The notes beneath the pieces were generated by a model. It was not told the DNA's origin, did no database searches, and saw nothing but the letters and a program-made list of their open reading frames with translations. This document shows, in pieces, positions 57,470-64,000 of a DNA stretch of 64,000 nucleotides; position 1 is the stretch's first letter; each line of letters opens with the position of its first letter. The translations under genes were made by a program, and so were the position numbers. The stretch comes from Vitrella brassicaformis CCMP3155 (Eukaryota; Protista; Chromerida): positions 1 to 64,000 of the forward strand of contig CDMY01000592.1 of NCBI GenBank assembly GCA_001179505.1, in the 5' to 3' direction.

Positions 57470-60400
57470 GTCAGTGTCGCTACGCTGAGGAAACAAATTG
57501 AAGGGCAGAGGTGGGCCTGCGCAGCCTCTGGAAACATATATTGCTGCGGGGCAGCGTAGTAAAAGCGACTTCGACATTGCACAATGACAACTCGACTTAC
57601 TGATACACTACCACCTTTATCGATGAGACGGCCTGTCGAGAACTCATCTGCACACACACGCAGTAGAGCAATGCATGAGATGAGCGCACACGTCAGGAGT
57701 GGCCACAGACGGACGGGCGCACGCGCACATAGGCCTCCCACATAAGCCACACGCACTGACCTGATGGAGGCTTCCGCGAGGGAGAAAGGACACCGTGCTC
57801 TCAACAGTCGCCAGGCTCTCAACAGTCGCCAGGCAGGCGCCAGTCTGGGTAGGTGGTAGGGCACCAAGGTCTGAGGGGCTGCCCGTCAGCTGGAGGCGCA
57901 AGGAAGAAGTGACAGCTGACATCCGGACGAGCTGGAGGGCTTGGGAGGGGCTTCGGCGAGCCACATGGGACGACAAGCAGCCCGAGAGGAAAGGAAATGG
58001 AGGAGCTGTGGCCGCAAGAAGGCCGCTGAGGAGGAAAAGCGCGGCGGTGCTGACGAAATAGGTTGCATTCATCAAATAAACTGTCTTGTCTCTCGCGTCG
58101 AGAAATCTCGCCGACAAGAGAAGGAAGGAGTGAAAGGGCCCTTTCTGTGCACGCCAGCTGAGGCGATTCACGACGAACTTGGAGACTCCATCCAAGCTTG
58201 CACCCCCATCTGCCCCCAGTCTCGACGCCGCCACCACGATGATCGATTCCATTGCATCAGCGAAAAAGTTGATGAGACGCAAGTCAGCATGCATCACACA
58301 TACGCACAGAGAGAGAGAGAGAGGAAAGCCAGCCATCGTCAGCAGAGGGGAAGCCATGAACAGGCCACACAGTCCGAGAAGGAGGCCATGGACGCAGGAA
58401 TCCATCCGCGATGGACATACATACATATGTGTGTGTGTGTACATCCGTCTGTATTGAGAGGACATACAAAACGGACATACACATATGGACACAGACAGAG
58501 GGACAGACAGACAGACTGACAGAGGGAGAGAGGGAGGGGGACGGGAGAGAGCCAAACTGAGGCAGTCAAGGCAGCAGAGACGAGCACATGGCCATCCATC
58601 CCCACACCACGAGCAGTAAGGAGGATTGGAGCGCATCACTCCAGTCAGTGTGTGTGGCTGTGCACGCGAAAGCCCTCAGCAAAAGCGCCTCGGCGACCGT
58701 ACCGAGTGCCATGCAGGGGTCACACAGATATGAACTTAAAGCGACACACACACACAGAGAGAGAGGAAGCCGCCCCGACCGACAGTAAGGCAAAAATAAC
58801 TGACTGCATGGCAGCGGTCTGTCTGCGTGGTGTGGTGAAGTGTGAGAGGATGGGCAATCAATGTGAAACACACACTGCCATGTCTGTCTGTATGGAGCAA
58901 ACAATGCGCCACAGATAGATGGATGGATGGATGGTTTTGCTAACACCATTCCCTCCCTCCCTCCCTCTTTGTCTGTCAGCAAGTGGTCCTACATCGGTTG
59001 GCGGTGCGCTCTTCTGTCATCTGTCTCTGTGTGTGGCCGGGATACCAACACACCCCTCATGCAAAGACGGATAAGCGCTGCAACCGGTCGATTGCGCCCA
59101 TCAGCACAGGTGGCCCGACCCAAACACAAAGATCCATCCATCAAAGCCCTCACACGTGCTGTGCTGTACACAAAGAGTGGACGGACGGATGAGAGAGAGA
59201 GAGAGGGAGAGAGAGGATGCTCTGTGTGTGTTGGAAAACAAGGTGAGGGACCGTGCTGTCTGCCTCCCTGGTCTGCTCCCTCCCTCGTCAGACAGTCCAC
59301 ATGGGTCTGTGTGGCGCCTCGCATTCTCACCGCCAAAACAACACCAGCGAGTAGACCCACATGCAGCGGCTCAGCTAGTGGGCTGCTCAATTCTTCTACA
59401 CAGACGGCCGCACTCTCACACACTATAGCCCCCAACAGCCAGCCATGAAGACCATCTCTTCTGCACCCCCAGGCACCAATGCACTTATCATCACACTGTC
59501 TGTATGTGGGCACTCGACGGCCTCGACAGCCCCTCTTGCCTCCATTGCCGTGTCCGCCTCACGAGTCACTCCGAGTACTCGCCGCTACCTGATCAACACA
59601 GACACACACACATACACACAATCAGACACAAGTGAGGCAGATCGACAGGAGCCAGGGGATCTGTGCTGTGCTGTGGTGCGTACATCCGTTGCCGTCTTGT
59701 ACGTCGTTGGGATCCATATCATCGTCATCGTCATCGCCCTCATCAACGTCTCCATCTGCACCATCCATCCACACGTGTGTGTGTGTGTGTGTGTGCATTG
59801 CTCTCTCCCCACCGTCATCGTCGTCACCCTCACCCTCACCGTGGCCGTCTTCATCTACACCACACAGACAGAGAGGGAGGGCACATCCATCCATCCATTC
59901 TCATGTGTGTGTCCCTCCCACCCGCCCTCTGTCTGTCCATACCATCGTCACCGTCGTCACCCCCCTGCTGCTGTGGCTGCGGCTGAGGCTGTTGTCTGTC
60001 GAACATGTCAGGCCCCACAGCCTCCAGCGCCGCACGAGCCAGGGCGGTCGTCTGGGGGAAGCGGTCCTTGAATGCAGCACCCTCACCAGATGCAGCAGCC
60101 TCGGTCGTCCACACAGTCACCACGACTGCAGACACACAAGGTAGAGAACATTAGTGGCATACACGTGACTACCAGAGCTTCCTGTCTGTCGACCTGACCT
60201 CTGTTGTTGCCCCTGTCCCAGATGACAATCCATGCGACGAAGTTGTGGCTGTTGTTGGTGAGCACCGGGTATCGACCACCGTGCTGGCTGAATGTGGTGG
60301 TGCATCCGTCCACCGGTGTGTGGGGCGACTGGTTGAGGAGGGCATGCAGACGACCGCCGCCAACATACCTAAAACAACAACACCACACACACACACACAA

Positions 60401-61318
60401 TCAGACACCCACCCCTCTCACCCACTGGTGCCATCGGTGGCTTACCTGTCGAGATATTTCGTTGTGAAATTGGTCTGGTGAGTCATCAACGAAGTGGCTG
60501 AGGATCAAACGCTTGGTGCACGAGGACAGCGACGAATAAGTGAAGTATCCCGCACTCCACCATCTTCCGGAGTAGTAGAAGATGACGTTATGCACTGGCG
60601 GGTCGTCCTGTAGTCGGCGCTGCAGGTACAGGTGGCCGGGCGGGAGGGGCGGATTGAAGTCCAGCCGGTAGCCGGGCTCGTCATTGATGGCCCGCACATG
60701 ATGGCCATGGCGGAACAGCTGCAGCCGGCTGCCGTCACCGAAGTCAATGTGACGCCCCACCACCATCAGCTGCGCCAACACACGGGGAAGCGATACATAC
60801 ACCTACACACACACAACACACACACACACACATGGATGAGCAAATGAGGCCATTTCTCCTCCTCCCTCCCGCCCTGTGAGTCCCACCGTCTTGTCGGCGT
60901 GTTTGTTGATGTCGGCCGCAGTGATGTTGACGGGCAGCGTGCAGCATGCACACTGGCTGGCCCACCGCAGCACCTCAGCCACCTCATCCCAGCTCTGCTG
61001 CTCCACCATCCACATGGCTGCCACCAGCAGCCGCTTCTCGGTCACCGACTGTGGGTCGAAGGCTATCACGGTGTCCAGCGGGGTCCCATCGGCAAGCCGA
61101 ATGCGATGGAGTGACCAATTCAGTCGGCTGCGGAGCGTCTGGGCAGGGAAGTGGTCATTGCCGACGAAGCGGGCCGCGGTCCTGAGGCGGCCGATGTCCT
61201 TGGCCTCGTCGTAGAGCTGGTATCTATCGTCCCGGTGAATGAAGTCGAGGCACTGGCCGTGGACGGACGGCGAGGCCTCGTCGGTGGTCCTCCGCGGGAC
61301 GGTGTTGCCCATCGCACC
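57470..61318. repeat. Inverted segmental duplication, arm 2 (partner 23298-27150)
   Basis: Reverse-complement colinearity with arm 1. Confidence 0.9.
59566..61312 (-). pseudogene. Family X copy B; +1 frameshift at the end of exon 2 (probable pseudogene, truncation or assembly error)
   Basis: Exon-1 protein differs from copy A at only ~11 of 144 positions; CACTTC-GTTGATG-ACTCAC versus CACTTC-GAGGGG-ACTCAC in copy A. Confidence 0.75.
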
Positions 61319-61573
61319 TCAGTCAAAGGCCACTCAAGGATCTGCAAAGATGCCAGACGCACAGACAAAACAACAAGATGCTGTTTGCCATTGGATGGTT
61401 CGAGGATGGATTTGGTGTGAAGGCAGCTGACCTACCTGTTGAGGCGGATCTTCTCGCAAAACTTCCGTGAAACCGCTCTCTCTCTAACGCCCGACAAGGA
61501 GCCAGGAGGCCAGGGACGACCGACGCCTCAGCTGTGGCGCGTTGGCATCCATCCGTCCATTTATCCATCTCTG

Positions 61574-63959
61574 ATGTCTCGGAAGCGGAAGGAGAATGAC
61601 GAGAGTCAGCAGTCGGCCGAGGAGGAGCCGAACTTTGACCAGCAGGAGGACGTCAAGACCTACCAAACCAACGACGAACTCGACGTACGTACCACATGCG
61701 GCCAGATCACACCAGCACATATGGCAACGGCAAAGACAGCTGATGAAGCGAGAGATCACGTCGCTGTGTGGTGTGTGTGATTGTGTGTCAGGTGGAGTTT
61801 CGTGTCCGCGTGTTGGCAGATCTGCTGACGTGCCGCATGTGTGGAGGGTTCTTCAAGGATGCCATGACCGTCAAGGAGTGCCTCCACACATGTGGGTCGC
61901 TGCACTCCCTGAATCGGATCATGTCACGATCGAGAGGATGGGATGGGATCTGTGTACTGTATGTGTGCAGTTTGCAAGAGCTGCATCTATGGGTACCTGT
62001 CCAAGCAGGACCTCAGGAAGAAGTGCTACTGCCCCTACCCTGAGTCAGCGAGCAGCACTGACACCACGCTCTGCACACACCCACTCCATCGCCGGTGTGT
62101 TCTATGTGTCTGCTTCGGTTGGTGCAGCTGCGGAGAGGACCTGGGGGCGCAGCCATTCGACGCCGTCGAGTGAGCTCACTGACACACAAAGCGTCTCGTG
62201 GCCCGTGATTGCCCGTCGACAAGTCTTTGTCTTTCGTGCGATAAATGAATGTCTGTAGGTCTGACCGGACGCTTCAGAATTTGGTCGACAAGTTGTTCCC
62301 CGAGTTCGCTGAGCGCGAGAAGAAGGAAAGGGAGGGGCTGTACCGATTCTGTGGTCCGTCAGGAAGCCGGATAGATGGGATGAACGAACGAACATGCCGC
62401 CAGGTGGACATGGGCGTGGTGGATGTGATGTTCGTTTGTGTAGGTCTCGATCATCTTCTGGAGGACTCACCGGGAGTGCCCGAACAAAACGGTGTGCTCA
62501 CGCACACGCACGAACGAAGGAGCAGCGACTGTCCAAATGATGCAGTGTTGTTGGCTGTGCCGTGTTCTCCGACCGATGTGGTCAGGTTTGTCTGCCCCGG
62601 CACCGAAGGAGAAGATTGGCGGCGGCGAGGCGACGGAAGAGCTGCACAAGATGCTCGTCAAGGGTATGGACACTCGCCATGCGTGAGAATCCACACAGAC
62701 GCGTCGAGCATCGTGTCTGTATCCCACACAGGTCGTTACCGTGAGGTGCTCCAGTCAGACCTCACCTTCATGCTGCTGCCAAAGGACGAGTAAGGCGGAT
62801 AAAGAAAGCCATACCAGATAGACCGATGGAGGAAAGAGGCTGGCAGTGTGGCAGACAGGCAGGCAGGCAGGCAATGTGTCGATTCTGTCTGTCTCGCGTG
62901 GTGGCTGGGTGGCTGCAGTTCTCTGGGTCCGCTGTCCCGTCCTTACCTTCGGACCAACTCGCAGATGACCGTTGGCCATCTGATGAAGTACCTCGTCAAG
63001 AAAATGAACCTTCACGACACATCAGAGGTATGTGGAGAGGCAGGCAGGCACGATTGAGTGGTCTTCTTCCCTCTCCCTCACCACCACCCTCTGTTGCGTG
63101 CAGGTGCAGATCATGTGTGAGAAGCAGGTGTGCGCCAGGTCGCACACTCTCGAGTTCCTCAAGTGAGCCTACACACACCAACGCACCAACCCACCGACGT
63201 ATCCCCTCCATCCATCCATGCATCCATCCGAGTGTTTGTGTTTGTGTGTGTGTGTGTCGTTTGTTTCTTCTCAGCAAGACGCGCCGGATGGACCGGGACA
63301 AGTACATGGTGCTGCACTACCGCCGCATGGCCAAAGACAAGAGCCTCTGGGTCGCACCGCCCCCAAAGCCGCCACCGGTGGTCAGGAAGAAGTGGGCACG
63401 GAAGAACCCACCACAAGACAAGGCCGCAGCGGCAGCAGCAGCAGCCGCTGCCGCATCGGCGGGTGGAGCTGGGGAAGGTCGGGAGGGCGAGGGCGAGAAC
63501 GCGATCCCATCTCCCTCCCCATCGCCATCACCCGACGCCTCCCAGTCGCAGTCACAGTCTGCGAGGGAGGAACGGGAAAGCCCATCGCTCGACAACCAGA
63601 ATGCGGTGCAAGCGGAGGGCGAGGAGGAGGGTGAGGGTGAGGAGGCCTTCAATGGCGAGGCAGCTGACGGGCAGGAGGAGATGGCGGACGAGGCGAAGGA
63701 GGAAGATGAGGTGGTCGGAGCTCATGTGGATATCGACATGGGGGAGGGCGAGAGGGCGGAGGCGTCGCAGGAGGCAGCGGACGAGCCAATGCAGACGTCC
63801 CAGCAGGAGGAAGAGGAGCTGGGGAGGGGAGGGGGCGATCAAGTGGCAGAGGGCTCTGTGCAGCCAGATCAGCAGCAGGGGGGAGGGGGAGAGCGGTCGT
63901 CTCAGCAGCCAGTGGATGAGGACTGTGTGATGGATGACGGGGGCAGCACCGGCAGCTAG
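61574..63959 (+). CDS. PCGF/BMI1-type Polycomb RING finger protein with RAWUL domain and acidic tail
   Basis: [28 protein letters not shown]...CPYPDC RING, SDRTLQNLVDKLFP, RPYLRTNSQMTVGHLMKYLVKKM, VQIMCE...HTLEFL, MVLHYR. Confidence 0.88.
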
Positions 63960-64000
63960 GCTGTCTGCACTGACCAGAGAGGGAGGGAGGGAGGGACGGG

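Noticed and set aside
23298-61318. Duplicated segment as a transposable element
   Set aside because: No terminal inverted repeats, LTRs, target-site duplication, transposase, RT or Rep/helicase motifs seen; treated as a segmental duplication

Overview
Eukaryotic, GC-rich, intron-dense DNA with (AC/GT)n, (GACA/TGTC)n and (GGAT)n microsatellites in introns. The architecture resembles the chromerid alveolate Vitrella brassicaformis (inference, not verified). Most short six-frame ORFs are artefacts; the gene models below were built by hand by splicing GT-AG introns and checking phase, so internal boundaries are approximate. Conserved genes: a divergent CDK (+, 7217-10298), PEX1 (+, 13976-19264), a Tousled-like kinase (-, 19796-23078), VPS41 (+, 39025-44442) and a PCGF/BMI1-type RING-RAWUL gene (+, 61574-63959). 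Between them lie lineage-specific, duplicated and often decaying modules: four members of one unknown family (here family X) with a hypervariable loop, a ~3.9 kb inverted duplication plus scrambled extensions, degenerate cyclophilins, a ubiquitin-like ORF with an internal TAG, a shuffled two-exon PRT module and a dispersed 19-bp motif. Best candidates for novelty: (1) a secreted Pro/Gly-rich protein ending in a phage-tail-fibre-like peptidase S74/ICA chaperone domain that seems to lack its Ser-Lys dyad and was built by exon+intron tandem duplication; (2) introns bracketed by complementary microsatellites; (3) family X. No rRNA, tRNA, CRISPR array or transposase/RT domain was recognised.
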